Positions 37,220 to 47,539 of a stretch of DNA of 64,000 nt are shown piece by piece (within the stretch, counting starts at the first letter, position 1; every line of letters starts with the position of its first letter). The stretch covers positions 95,400 to 159,399 of the forward strand of contig CAWGFF010000010.1 of the NCBI GenBank assembly GCA_963821765.1, read 5' to 3'. The position numbers and the translations under genes were made by a program. Source of the stretch: an uncultured Acidobacteriota bacterium. Lineage in GTDB: Bacteria > Acidobacteriota > Terriglobia > Acidiferrales > UBA7541. The notes under the pieces were generated by a model. The model searched no databases and was not told the DNA's origin. It was given only the letters and a program-made list of their open reading frames with translations.

Positions 37220-37348
37220 TTAGCTCCGACCGGCGTTGACGGAAATATTTTGACAGCGATGAGGCAAGAATCCCTGCACGGTGCGCGACCTCTGATGTAG
37301 GCTACCAGCGTTGTAAACTTTTTTGGAGCGCATAGCGAGTTTTGTCCG

Positions 37349-39082
37349 GTGGCGAAACATTCGATTATTTCGAGGCGTGACTTGTTGAAATCGGTGGGGG
37401 CGGTTTTTGCGGCTCCGCGAGGCGTTTGGAGTAGTGCGGCAGCGGCAATCCCTGTGACGTATGTAGATATAGCGGCCGCGGCGGGGATTGCTTTTCAGCA
37501 TGACGATGCCGCGTCTGCGGAAAAATATTTGATTGAAACGATGGGCTCGGGGTGCGGGTGGATTGATTACGATCAGAACGGTTTGATGGATTTGTATTTG
37601 GTGAACGGAGCGGCGACGCGGTTGTACACGCCGAAGCGGCGGCTGGAGAGCGCGCTGTATCGCAACAACGGTGACGGGACGTTTACGGATGTAGCGGCGA
37701 GGGCAGGAGTGGGAGCGGAAGGGCTGTTTGGCATGGGCGTGGCGGTGGGGGATTACGACAACGACGGATTTCCGGATCTTTTTGTGCTGGGGTACGGGCG
37801 ATGCATTTTGTATCACAACAACGGGGACGGAACTTTCACGGATGTGACGGCGAAGGCGGGCGTGGAAAATTCGGGGCGATGGGGATCAAGCGCTGCTTGG
37901 TTTGATTACGACAATGACGGGCGCCTTGATTTGGTGATCGCGAACTATGTGGATTGGGGGCCGGACAACAATTTTTGGTGCGGAGATCACGGGCCGGGGC
38001 TGCGCAGCTATTGCCATCCGGATAATTATCGCGGGCAGGCGCCGACGCTTTATCACAACAATGGCGACGGCACGTTTACGGACGTGAGCGTGCGATCGGG
38101 GGTGGGAGCGAAGGCGGGGAACGGCCTGGGCGTGGTGACTTTTGATTACGATGACGATGGATGGCAGGACATTTTCATCGCAAACGATTCGATGCCGAAT
38201 TTCTTATTTCACAACAATCGCGATGGAACGTTTCGGGAAGTGGGATACATGGCGGGCGTGGCGGTGAGCATGGACGGCACGTCGGAAGCGGGGATGGGAG
38301 TGGACGCCGCGGACGCTACAGGGAACGGGCGGATGGATTTGATTGTGACGCACCTGGATTCGCAGCTGGCGCGGTTTTATCAAAATATGGGAGAGGGAGT
38401 GTATGACGATGCGACGCTGCGATCGAAGATTTCTTATGCCACGTTTCATATGAGCGGGTTCGGTACGCGGTTCATGGATTACGACAATGACGGTTGGCGC
38501 GACGTTTTTATGGCCGACGGGCACATTTTGGACAACATCGAGCGATATCGGGCGGAAGTGCGCTATGCGGAGCCCAAGCTGATGTTTCGCAATACGGGGC
38601 GGGGGATTTTTGAAAATGTAAGCGAGCGGCTGGGTGCGGATTTTGTGCGTCCGCGGGTGAGCAGGGGCGCGGCGATTGGGGATTTCGACAATGATGGGGA
38701 TCTGGATATTTTGGTGAACAACAATGGTGAACCGGCGCAGTTGTTGCGGAACGATGGTGGGAACGCGAATCACTGGCTGGAACTTTTTCTGATCGGGACG
38801 AAATCGAACCGGGACGGCGTCGGAGCGCGAGTGAAGCTTACGGCGGGAGATTTGACGCTTTACGAGCAGCGGAAGGGTGGGATGAGCTATCAATCGGCGC
38901 AGGATCCCCGACTGCATTTTGGATTGGGTGCGCACGTGACTGTGGACGCGTTGAAGATCATTTGGCCGAGCGGGGTGGTGACGAAACTTGCGGGGTTGAA
39001 GAGCGATCAGATTATTTCGGTGAAGGAGGGCGAGGGGATCGTGGAACGGCCCTTCCCGCGCGTAATTGCCCGCACCAGGTAA
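37349..39082 (+). CDS. CRTAC1-family protein, paralog 3
   Basis: GTG start and Tat motif SRRDLLKSVGAVFAA. Same repeats. C-terminal GARVKLTA...GGMSYQSAQDPRLHFGLG. Confidence 0.85.
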   Translation: MAKHSIISRRDLLKSVGAVFAAPRGVWSSAAAAIPVTYVDIAAAAGIAFQHDDAASAEKYLIETMGSGCGWIDYDQNGLMDLYLVNGAATRLYTPKRRLESALYRNNGDGTFTDVAARAGVGAEGLFGMGVAVGDYDNDGFPDLFVLGYGRCILYHNNGDGTFTDVTAKAGVENSGRWGSSAAWFDYDNDGRLDLVIANYVDWGPDNNFWCGDHGPGLRSYCHPDNYRGQAPTLYHNNGDGTFTDVSVRSGVGAKAGNGLGVVTFDYDDDGWQDIFIANDSMPNFLFHNNRDGTFREVGYMAGVAVSMDGTSEAGMGVDAADATGNGRMDLIVTHLDSQLARFYQNMGEGVYDDATLRSKISYATFHMSGFGTRFMDYDNDGWRDVFMADGHILDNIERYRAEVRYAEPKLMFRNTGRGIFENVSERLGADFVRPRVSRGAAIGDFDNDGDLDILVNNNGEPAQLLRNDGGNANHWLELFLIGTKSNRDGVGARVKLTAGDLTLYEQRKGGMSYQSAQDPRLHFGLGAHVTVDALKIIWPSGVVTKLAGLKSDQIISVKEGEGIVERPFPRVIARTR

Positions 39083-39180
39083 GCTGGCGCGCTCGCCATC
39101 GAGCGGATGCCGAGGGAAAAGCAGATCCCTCCGGCACACTGCGCCTGCGGGATGACAACTTTCCCGGTCTCCACAGACTT

Positions 39181-40395
39181 TTACTCGACGCGGGAAGGCG
39201 CGGTGCCGACCTTGTGGTCGCTCGGGACTGAACGGATTTTGGCGGCCTGCGCTTCGTTGAGGTTGGCGAGGATTGCGAGCATTTTCTGCGCTTCTTCGAG
39301 TTGGCCGCGCTGGCGGTAGGCGGTGGCAAGGTGCGAGTACACGGAAGTATTCGCTGGATCGAATTGGCGCGCAATTTGCAGGTGAGTGATGGCGTCGCCG
39401 GAGCGGCCGTCCATCAGATAGATTTTGGCCAGGGAGATTTGGGCACGGGAACTTTCCGGATGATCGGCTACTGATTTTTCCAGCGCGGTTTGTGCCTCGG
39501 CGAATTCCGGTTGGCCCGGCGCGATGCCGGAACGGATCAACGCTTCTCCCAGAAGGGTGAGCAAGATGTAATTTTCGTGGCCCGCGGCAATGCCTTGGCG
39601 GGCCGCAGCGATCGTCTCCGGAATTTTTCCTTCCTCTAGATCTCTCTGCGCGGTTGCCATGTAGGCGATGTCGGTACCGGGCGCGAGCGCGGCGGCCTGC
39701 GCGAAATCGTTTGCGGCGAGGTCACCGCGTTCCAGCAAGGTCTGGAAGACGCCGCGTTCATAGAACAAGCGCGCGGACTTCGGCAGATTTTCGATGCCGA
39801 GATTTACGACTTTTACGCCCAGAGCATAGTGCTGGTGGTCCATGCAGGCGTCGGCTGCGAGAACGTAGAGTTTTTCATTTGCAGGCTCGAGGCTGGCGGC
39901 TTGTTGCAGCGCTGTAAACGCTTCCTCGGGCTGGTCATTTCCGATGTGGGCCTGGGCCAGCAGATCGTAAACGCCGGCGGAAGGATGCGCGGCGCTGCTG
40001 AGATTAGTAAGGATGGAGATCGCTTTATCGAACTGGCTGGTGGCGGTGTAACAGAGCGCGAGGTTGAAGTCTGCCGCGAATTCATTCGAGACGCGGCCTT
40101 GGGCGGCGAGGAGATATGGAATGGCTTCGCGGAAGTGGCCTTGGCGCGTGAGATCGGTTCCGGTTCGAAGCTCATCCTCAGCGGCGGAGGAAGATGGGGT
40201 TGAGGGGCCGGAGGGCGGCGTGGCCTGCGATTGCTGGCGACCGGGAGAGGTTTGCGCCGCAGCCGGCGAGCAGGTACACAGCGAGATTGGAACTTCCAAG
40301 AGCAAGGCGATGGCTGTAGCCCGCAGGAACGCGTTGCCGCGTCGCTTGCCGCCTTTGCTGGCGGATTGAGGATGACTTCTCACAAGTGAATTCAA
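39181..40395 (-). CDS. secreted TPR-repeat protein
   Basis: 404-aa ORF with a TTG start as given in the track, so the start is uncertain. TPR periodicity throughout. Confidence 0.7.
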   Translation of the reverse strand: MNSLVRSHPQSASKGGKRRGNAFLRATAIALLLEVPISLCTCSPAAAQTSPGRQQSQATPPSGPSTPSSSAAEDELRTGTDLTRQGHFREAIPYLLAAQGRVSNEFAADFNLALCYTATSQFDKAISILTNLSSAAHPSAGVYDLLAQAHIGNDQPEEAFTALQQAASLEPANEKLYVLAADACMDHQHYALGVKVVNLGIENLPKSARLFYERGVFQTLLERGDLAANDFAQAAALAPGTDIAYMATAQRDLEEGKIPETIAAARQGIAAGHENYILLTLLGEALIRSGIAPGQPEFAEAQTALEKSVADHPESSRAQISLAKIYLMDGRSGDAITHLQIARQFDPANTSVYSHLATAYRQRGQLEEAQKMLAILANLNEAQAAKIRSVPSDHKVGTAPSRVE

Positions 40396-40930
40396 AAAGG
40401 CTCCGGTCCCGACCTGATTCTGCCAGCATTTCGCCGCGGTGAGAAGGTGGCGACCAGAAACTGCTGGCAGGGGCTATGAGACGAGAGACGGGCATGGAAA
40501 AGAGTGCCCGTGGCGGGTGGAATGGGGCCGCGTAGTAGGAAAGTATTAGGAGGAGGAAGAAATGGCTTGACAGGATATCGAATACAATATAAAAGAAGCG
40601 CCATCAAGCGGGTGTTCTTTCCCATTGGGGTAATGGGGAACATGAGTAAACGCTTACTTTATACAAAATACTTGGCATTCTCGCTCGGAGCAGTACACCT
40701 GCCTGGCCGTGCTGGCGCTACCACCCTAGCATGCAGCACGGCCATCTCTCCTAGCCTGCAAGTTCGTTCAAGCAACAACAGCGGATCTGCAATCACTTCC
40801 AACCTGGTGAGGGATCCTCATGACGCATAACGCCCTCGCTCGAGTCTTTACGCATCTGTCCGGACGTTTCCATTCAAGTTCTGGGGTTCGCGTGCCGCGC
40901 AAAAGTTCCGAGAGTGAACAAGGAGGAAAT

Positions 40931-43900
40931 ATGTCGCGCAGGTTCTCGATGGGATTCGGTTTGAGCGTGCTGGCGTGTTTGCTGTCTGTGGTGGGGTTGG
41001 GCGTGCAGCCGGCTTGGGGGCAGGCGGGCAGCCAGGGATCCATCAACGTGACGGTGTTGGATCCGGACGGGAAGGTGGTGCCGGGCACGACGCTGGTGCT
41101 GCAGGATCTCTCGACGAACGATATACGAAACGCGGTGACAGCCGGAGATGGAACATATACGTTCGTCAATCTGTCGCTGGGAACTTATAAGCTGACGGTG
41201 ACGAAGAAGGATTTTCAGAGCCAGACTTTTACCGACATTTCGGTCCACGCGGCACAGGTTTCCGACATCGCCGTGAACTTGAAGGTCGGTCAATCGAACG
41301 AGACAGTGGAAGTCCGCGAAAACGAGACTCCGCTGGTTGAAACGACCTCGAACGCTTTGGGCACGAATATTGATATTAAGCAGCTGGAGGATTTGCCTCT
41401 CAGCGGCCGCGACGTGAGCCAACTTTCGTTCTTGGCCGCGGGATTCAATGGCCTCCCTGGGAACGGCAACGGCACGTGGAACGGGCTGCCGGTGATCGCG
41501 CAGGGAAACAACGTGGACGGTGTGATATCCAGCACGAGCCGGATGAAATTTAGCGGGAACCAACAGCCGGCCATTCAGGCGCGCCTGGAAGACATGCAGG
41601 AAATGACGATACAGACGGACCAACTCGACGTGAACCAAGGGTACGGGGCGACGAACATGCAAGTAAACTTCGTCACGCGCCGCGGAACGAACTCCTACCA
41701 TGGCCGCGTCTTCGAGAACTATCAAAATGCCGGATTGAACGCCAACAGCTGGGCCAATGATGCGCAGGGCCTTCCCAAGAATAAGTTCATCAAGAACGAT
41801 TTCGGAGGGAGTATCGGTGGCCCAATCCTGAAAGACAAATTGTTTTTCTTTGCAAGTTTTGCGACGTCCCGGCAACCCGGCTCGTACACGCAAACAAACA
41901 ACGTCTTCACGACCGGCGTGCAAGGTGGCTTGTTCACATTTGCTGGAGCCGGTGGCCCTACATCGGTGCAATTGCTAGGAACGCCGACCAGCGTTGCTGC
42001 ATTGGCGGGCGTGAATAATACAATCAACAGCGTATATATCGCTGAGCAAACGAAAATCAACGGCATCCTTTCGCTTGGGAAACTGACAAATGTGAGCAAT
42101 GACCCTAGCGTTCAACAGTTCGGCTTTCAGGTGCAGAGTCCCCAAACGTATTACTTCCCGACGTTCCGCCTCGATTACAACATGTCGCAGAGCATCCGAT
42201 TCAACTTGGCGCTGAACGAATCAACATTCGACCAGCCGGGCGCGACTGCGCCGTGGTTTCCAGGAGCCCCCTTCGCCAGTTCCGAAGGAGCGAACAAGTG
42301 GAAAGCTTACCCAGTGGCGTTTGGATTTGATTGGACGATCAAGCCGACGTTGGTAAATCAATTCCGCGGAGGGTTCTTGTACAACTGGAATATCTACGGT
42401 GCTGGTGCGGCGTTGCCGACGCCGGGCTCCAGCCTCAATGTGCAATGGGATCTGTATCCGTATAATCTTGGAACTGGCGCGAACATGTCCGGAGATCTGT
42501 TCCAGCAGGGAACCTCGAACTATTATCCGCTTTTCAACATGTCCGATTCTTTGACCTGGCAAAAATCCGCGCACACGTTCAATTTTGGTTTCTCGTGGTA
42601 TCGCGAACAGGACCATTACTGGAACGCCCCGTCGGGAATAGCGTTTACAAATCTGGGATTGGTGACAGGCGACCCGGCATTGAACCCGATCGCGAATGCG
42701 CTGGCCGCGGCTGGCGCGAGTTCCGCGCAGCAGACGGAAGGCGAGCAGGTCTATGCGATTCTTTCGGGGGACATCGGAGCTTCAAACGGTCCTGCGGTGC
42801 GAACTGCGTTTGCTTTGAACCCGCAAACCAAGCAGTACGACACGAATTCCACGGCACCCTTCGTGCTCGATGAGCTGCAAAAGGCTTGGGGTTTATTTTT
42901 CCAGGATTCCTGGCGTCTCAAGCCGAACTTCACGCTGAACTATGGATTGCGGTGGGATTTCACGGGTGATGACCACGACTTGAAGAATGCGTATGAAAGC
43001 GTGGGTTTGGATGGAGTATGGGGACCTTCCGGCGCAGGAAATGAATTCATGCCGGGAGTCCTGACGGGAAACCAAAACCCGTACTTTGTGGCACGCGGGC
43101 ACCAGTACAACTCGTGGAACGTAAGCCCCCAACCGCAAATTGGATTTGCGTGGAGTCCGGCCTTCACCGACGGGTTCATGGGTAAGCTGACGGCGCAAGG
43201 GCAAACGGTCGTCCGCGCCGGGTTCGCGTTCAGGAAGTACACGGAGCCATATCAGTTCTTCTGGGATGCCGCGACCAATTATGGCGCCTTCTTCTATCAG
43301 AATAACCAGTTGGTGGATAATCCGACGCCGACATCCGCCGGCCAATTCAAGCCCGGAACGCAGTTCCTTGGCCAGCCGTTTCCGCCATACCAAAACCTGA
43401 CCCCGAATTACACCCCGACGTTTCCGGAAGCGGGGTTGACGTTCGTGTATCCCTACCAACAAATCTTCAACCCTGGCATCGCGTTGGGCGCGATTGATCC
43501 GACCATTAAGCAGCCGTACACCGAATCGTGGAACTTGAGCATTCAGCGTCCGATCGGCCGAAACAACGTGCTGGAGTTCCGCTACATCGGCAGCCATAGC
43601 GTGCACCAGTGGTTGAATGTGTTTACCGACGAGGTGAACATTTTTGGGGGCAACGGAAACCCTGGATTCTTGCCGCAGTTCCAGCAGGCGCAGAAAAACC
43701 TAGCAATCAACGCCGCGAACGGAAATCCGAATTCTTTTGCGAATAACGGACTAGCCGGGCAGGCGGCCACGCCGATATTTGACGCGGCATTCGCGGGCGT
43801 GCCAGCGGCGCAGGCATACGGGAACTCCACATTCATATCCATGTTGCAAGCGGGAGCTGCTGGAGGACTGGCCACAGCGATGGCAGGAGGTCCGGGAGGC

Positions 43901-44884
43901 AATCCCACCTACTTCTGCAACATCGTGACAACGTTCGCGCCTTGCGCGGCGAACGGAGGTTACACCGGTGCCGGCGGGACTCAGCCGATCAACTACTTCC
44001 AGATGAACCCGTTGAACAGCGGACAGGACGTCGGGCTGACGACAGCGGCCGGTTACTCCAATTACAATGGGTTGCAAATAGATTTTCGGCAGAAGCAATG
44101 GCACGGGATGCAGTTCGATGCGAACTACACCTGGAGCCATACGTTGGGAATCAACACGCAAAATTCCTGGACTGGGGTATTCAACCAGTTCTCGCTGCGC
44201 AACCTGCGACAGAGCTATGGGCCGCTGCCGTTTGACATCCGGAATTCGTTCCACGTGAACGGCACGTACGATTTGCCGTTTGGATCAGGACAACATTTCT
44301 TGAACCAGACCGGTTTGGTTGACAAGATCGTGGGAGGATGGTCCGTTGGAACGATCGTAACTTTGCAGAGTGGCGAGCCGTTCCAGTTGCTGGGCGTACA
44401 ATCAATCAACGGGAACGTCTCTTCCACGTTTAACGACTTTGGCGACAGCGGCGTGGTATTGAATGGCGTGACGCAGTCACAACTACAAAGTTCAGTGGGT
44501 GTCTATCACGTCCCGGGACAGACGACGGTGGACTTGATCAATCCGAAGTACCTGAGCAGTACGGGTGCGAATCCGGCGTTCATCACACCGAATACGACGC
44601 CGGGGGCATTCGCGCTGAACCCTTGGTTGTACGGGCCTCGCTACTTTAACCAGGACATCGCGATCAGTAAGCAAATCCCAATTACCGAGCGCTTCCACCT
44701 GAGTTTCCAAAGTGAGTTTTTGAATGTCTACAATCACCCGAACTTTGGTCCAACGCCGGCATCGTTTGGGAACGTGAATATCAACAACGGCGGTTTTGGT
44801 CAGGCGGGGACGATCGGCACTCCCAATAGTCCTGGAAATGTCGGAGCGCGCGAAATCGAGTTCCGGTTGAATCTGATGTTCTAG
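40931..44884 (+). CDS. TonB-dependent outer-membrane receptor with N-terminal carboxypeptidase-regulatory-like domain
   Basis: ATG 40931 with AGGAGG at 40921-40926, plus a signal peptide. GSINVTVLDPDGKVVPGTTLVLQD...GTYTFVNLSLGTYKLTV. Plug region ETPLVETTSNALGTNI. Ends ...REIEFRLNLMF (C-terminal Phe). Confidence 0.85.
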   Translation: MSRRFSMGFGLSVLACLLSVVGLGVQPAWGQAGSQGSINVTVLDPDGKVVPGTTLVLQDLSTNDIRNAVTAGDGTYTFVNLSLGTYKLTVTKKDFQSQTFTDISVHAAQVSDIAVNLKVGQSNETVEVRENETPLVETTSNALGTNIDIKQLEDLPLSGRDVSQLSFLAAGFNGLPGNGNGTWNGLPVIAQGNNVDGVISSTSRMKFSGNQQPAIQARLEDMQEMTIQTDQLDVNQGYGATNMQVNFVTRRGTNSYHGRVFENYQNAGLNANSWANDAQGLPKNKFIKNDFGGSIGGPILKDKLFFFASFATSRQPGSYTQTNNVFTTGVQGGLFTFAGAGGPTSVQLLGTPTSVAALAGVNNTINSVYIAEQTKINGILSLGKLTNVSNDPSVQQFGFQVQSPQTYYFPTFRLDYNMSQSIRFNLALNESTFDQPGATAPWFPGAPFASSEGANKWKAYPVAFGFDWTIKPTLVNQFRGGFLYNWNIYGAGAALPTPGSSLNVQWDLYPYNLGTGANMSGDLFQQGTSNYYPLFNMSDSLTWQKSAHTFNFGFSWYREQDHYWNAPSGIAFTNLGLVTGDPALNPIANALAAAGASSAQQTEGEQVYAILSGDIGASNGPAVRTAFALNPQTKQYDTNSTAPFVLDELQKAWGLFFQDSWRLKPNFTLNYGLRWDFTGDDHDLKNAYESVGLDGVWGPSGAGNEFMPGVLTGNQNPYFVARGHQYNSWNVSPQPQIGFAWSPAFTDGFMGKLTAQGQTVVRAGFAFRKYTEPYQFFWDAATNYGAFFYQNNQLVDNPTPTSAGQFKPGTQFLGQPFPPYQNLTPNYTPTFPEAGLTFVYPYQQIFNPGIALGAIDPTIKQPYTESWNLSIQRPIGRNNVLEFRYIGSHSVHQWLNVFTDEVNIFGGNGNPGFLPQFQQAQKNLAINAANGNPNSFANNGLAGQAATPIFDAAFAGVPAAQAYGNSTFISMLQAGAAGGLATAMAGGPGGNPTYFCNIVTTFAPCAANGGYTGAGGTQPINYFQMNPLNSGQDVGLTTAAGYSNYNGLQIDFRQKQWHGMQFDANYTWSHTLGINTQNSWTGVFNQFSLRNLRQSYGPLPFDIRNSFHVNGTYDLPFGSGQHFLNQTGLVDKIVGGWSVGTIVTLQSGEPFQLLGVQSINGNVSSTFNDFGDSGVVLNGVTQSQLQSSVGVYHVPGQTTVDLINPKYLSSTGANPAFITPNTTPGAFALNPWLYGPRYFNQDIAISKQIPITERFHLSFQSEFLNVYNHPNFGPTPASFGNVNINNGGFGQAGTIGTPNSPGNVGAREIEFRLNLMF

Positions 44885-44917
44885 TTTGTTGCGGCCAGGT
44901 CCACCCTCCATCGCATT

Positions 44918-44945
44918 CGCTGGATGCCAGCTCTGGTATCCAGCG
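44918..44945 (+). terminator. hairpin downstream of the TonB receptor gene (weak terminator candidate)
   Basis: 8-bp stem cgctggat / atccagcg with a 12-nt loop. Only a short T-rich run (ggtttctt) follows. Confidence 0.35.
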
Positions 44946-45411
44946 AGCGCGTCGGTTTCTTGAATTCACTGCAGATCATTTGTGGGCCGAGTTGGCGGCT
45001 TGGCCGCTCTCTGCGGGGTCTGGAGGAATCTATCATCGCGAAAATCGACAGGCTTGGGTAACGGTTCCGCGTGGGATTTTGCTTCAAGCCCACCAGTGGA
45101 TGCTGCGGGGAAATCCAAAACAAATCGGCTTGTGTGCCTGGACGGTTGGTTTCTGGCGCAGCGCCGTGTTTCTGGCAACATCTTTATTTGCAGACGGTTA
45201 CGACTTTTTTGGCTGCGGTGAAGTGCTTGCATATAATTGGCAATCAGATATATTCCATAGAGGGCCGTCATGTTAGCTGACGTGCCGACGATGCGAAACG
45301 CCAAGATCGAGGAGAGTAGTACCACGGACCGGCGCCCGGAGTAGCGGATTGAGTAAACGCTTCCTTGCACTTGGGTTTTGGTTGCGGCGTGGCACTTGGT
45401 CGTAGCGACGG

Positions 45412-47415
45412 ATGGAGGACAACGTGAAGTTTCCTAAGGGCGTCTCGCGACGGCAGTTTGTTTCAGGGATGATGTCGTCGGCTGCGCTGGCGTGTCTTCC
45501 GAAAACGGCGGGCGCCTATGCAGAGAATGCTCCTTTGGAGAACTTGCTGTTGCAGGGCGGGCGACAGCACGGTCCGGAGGGGCGGGTGACGCTGCTGGCC
45601 GAGCCGTTCCCCATGATTCAAGTGCGTCTGCTGGATGGACCGTTCCTCGATGCCACGAAGTTGAATTTGCAATATCTGCGTTCGCTGCCAGTTGATCGGT
45701 TGGTGCACAATTTTCGCGTGAATGCGGGACTGGCGAGTACGGCGGAGCCTTTGGGGGGCTGGGAAGCTCCGGACTGCGAACTGCGCGGACATTTTACGGG
45801 GCATTTTCTTTCGGCGTGCGCGCTGGGGTACGCGAGTACCGGCGACGAAGAATTGAAAACGAAGGGCGAGGCGGTGGTGGCGGAGCTGGCGAAGTGCCAG
45901 GAAGCGAAGGGCAACGGATACCTAAGCGCGTTCCCGGAGAGTTTTTTTGACCGATTGAGCGATGGCAAAGGCGTGTGGGCGCCATTCTATACGTTGCACA
46001 AGATTATGGCGGGAAATCTGGACATGTACACGTACTGCCAATCGGAACAAGCCCTGGCCGTGGCGGAGGGAATGGCGCGATGGATGGGTCACTGGACGAA
46101 TGGCATCAGTGACGATCACATGCAGCGGATCTTGAAGACGGAGTACGGCGGGACGAACGAGGCGCTTTATAACCTGAGCGCGATTACCGGAAAGTGGCAA
46201 TATTTTCGGACCGCGACGCGATTCGAGCAGCCGGATTTCTTCGGGCCTCTGGCGGGACATCGAGACGAGCTCAAGGGTCTGCACACGAATACCAATATTC
46301 CCAAGGTGATTGGCGCGGCGCGGCGGTATGAATTGACCGGTGTTCCCTACTACCATGAGGTTTCGAAGTATTTTTGGGAAGAAGTGACGCAAGAACGGGC
46401 GTACGTGACGGGCGGCACGAGCAATGGCGAAGGATGGGACACGGACGCGGGGAATTTATCGAAGGCGCTGAGCTTATGGTCGGAAGAATGCTGCTGCGGC
46501 TACAACATGTTGAAATTGACGCGCCACGTGCATCAATGGAGCGCGGATCCGCGCTACATGGATTATTACGAGCGGACGCTGTTTAATTCCCGACTGGGGA
46601 CGCAGCATCCGGATAACGGGATGAAGATGTATTATTTCCCGCTGGAGACGGGTTACTGGAAATTTTTCCATTCGCAGTTCAATTCATTCTGGTGTTGCAC
46701 GGGAACAGGAGTGGAAGAATTTTCAAAGTTTACCGATACGATCTATTCGCACAATGAGCGCGATGTGTTCGTGAACCTTTTTATTGCTTCCGAAGTGCGC
46801 TGGCCCGAGAAGGGGCTGAAGGTGCGGCAGACGACGAGTTTTCCCGAGCAGGATGGCACCAGCATCACGGTGAGCGCGGAAGAGCCGGTGCAGGCGGGGA
46901 TCAATATACGAATTCCGAGTTGGGCGGTGGATGGCGGCACGGTCGAGCTGAATGGAAAGCCGTTGCCGGTGTTTTCGAGCCCTGGAAGCTATCTTAGGAT
47001 CACGCGGGAATGGGCGGATGGAGACCAGCTGGAAGTGAAATTGCCGATGCGCTTGCATACAGAGCCGCTGCTGGGGGATCCGACGCAGGTGGCGGCGTTG
47101 TATGGGCCGATCGTGCTGGCGGGACGATTGGGGACCGACGGGCTGACGGAAGCGATGCAATTCGATCCGGATCATGGGCCGACGCAATTGTCTCCACCCC
47201 ATGCGGAAGCGAAGGGCAGCGCAAACATTTTCGCAAAGTCCGGTGAAGAAATTCGCGCGGCAGCTTGGGTGGAACCCGTGAAGGGGCAGCCGCTGAGTTT
47301 TCAGACCGTGGGCCAGAAAAATGCGACGATGTTGATACCGCTGAATCGAATCTTCGGGGAACGTTACGCGGTGTACTGGAAGACGAGCACGCGAAGCGAA
47401 GACGCGGACGGCTAG
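45412..47415 (+). CDS. glycoside hydrolase family 127 (beta-L-arabinofuranosidase, HypBA1-like), Tat-exported
   Basis: Tat motif SRRQFVSGMMSSAALA. Motifs seen: GHFTGHFLSA, YTLHKIMAG, VTGGTSNGEGW, ECCCGYNMLKL, FWCCTGTGVE (Cys-rich GH127/DUF1680 motifs). Confidence 0.8.
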   Translation: MEDNVKFPKGVSRRQFVSGMMSSAALACLPKTAGAYAENAPLENLLLQGGRQHGPEGRVTLLAEPFPMIQVRLLDGPFLDATKLNLQYLRSLPVDRLVHNFRVNAGLASTAEPLGGWEAPDCELRGHFTGHFLSACALGYASTGDEELKTKGEAVVAELAKCQEAKGNGYLSAFPESFFDRLSDGKGVWAPFYTLHKIMAGNLDMYTYCQSEQALAVAEGMARWMGHWTNGISDDHMQRILKTEYGGTNEALYNLSAITGKWQYFRTATRFEQPDFFGPLAGHRDELKGLHTNTNIPKVIGAARRYELTGVPYYHEVSKYFWEEVTQERAYVTGGTSNGEGWDTDAGNLSKALSLWSEECCCGYNMLKLTRHVHQWSADPRYMDYYERTLFNSRLGTQHPDNGMKMYYFPLETGYWKFFHSQFNSFWCCTGTGVEEFSKFTDTIYSHNERDVFVNLFIASEVRWPEKGLKVRQTTSFPEQDGTSITVSAEEPVQAGINIRIPSWAVDGGTVELNGKPLPVFSSPGSYLRITREWADGDQLEVKLPMRLHTEPLLGDPTQVAALYGPIVLAGRLGTDGLTEAMQFDPDHGPTQLSPPHAEAKGSANIFAKSGEEIRAAAWVEPVKGQPLSFQTVGQKNATMLIPLNRIFGERYAVYWKTSTRSEDADG

Positions 47416-47539
47416 GTTCGGGTCGCGCCGCGAGTGACGTTTTTTCGAACGCGCTTTGCACTGAGATTTCTTGGGCCAAACGTTGACGGATCAGCCATGG
47501 GAGCGGATCATACGTCGCACGCGTCACCGGAGATGAGAA

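Noticed and set aside
40504-40830. 108-aa ORF, with an internal 62-aa MSKRLLYTKYLAFSLGAV... version, in the leader of the TonB receptor gene. The nearby TTGACA/TATAAA promoter-like pair (40567-40593) was noted too.
   Set aside because: There is no convincing RBS or motif for the ORF. The promoter spacer is only 15 nt. I kept neither as a feature.
47470-47490. AACGTT-centred sequence (ccaaacgttgac) upstream of lacI, considered as a LacI-family operator.
   Set aside because: Only the 6-bp core is palindromic. The flanks do not extend the symmetry, so it is too weak to call.
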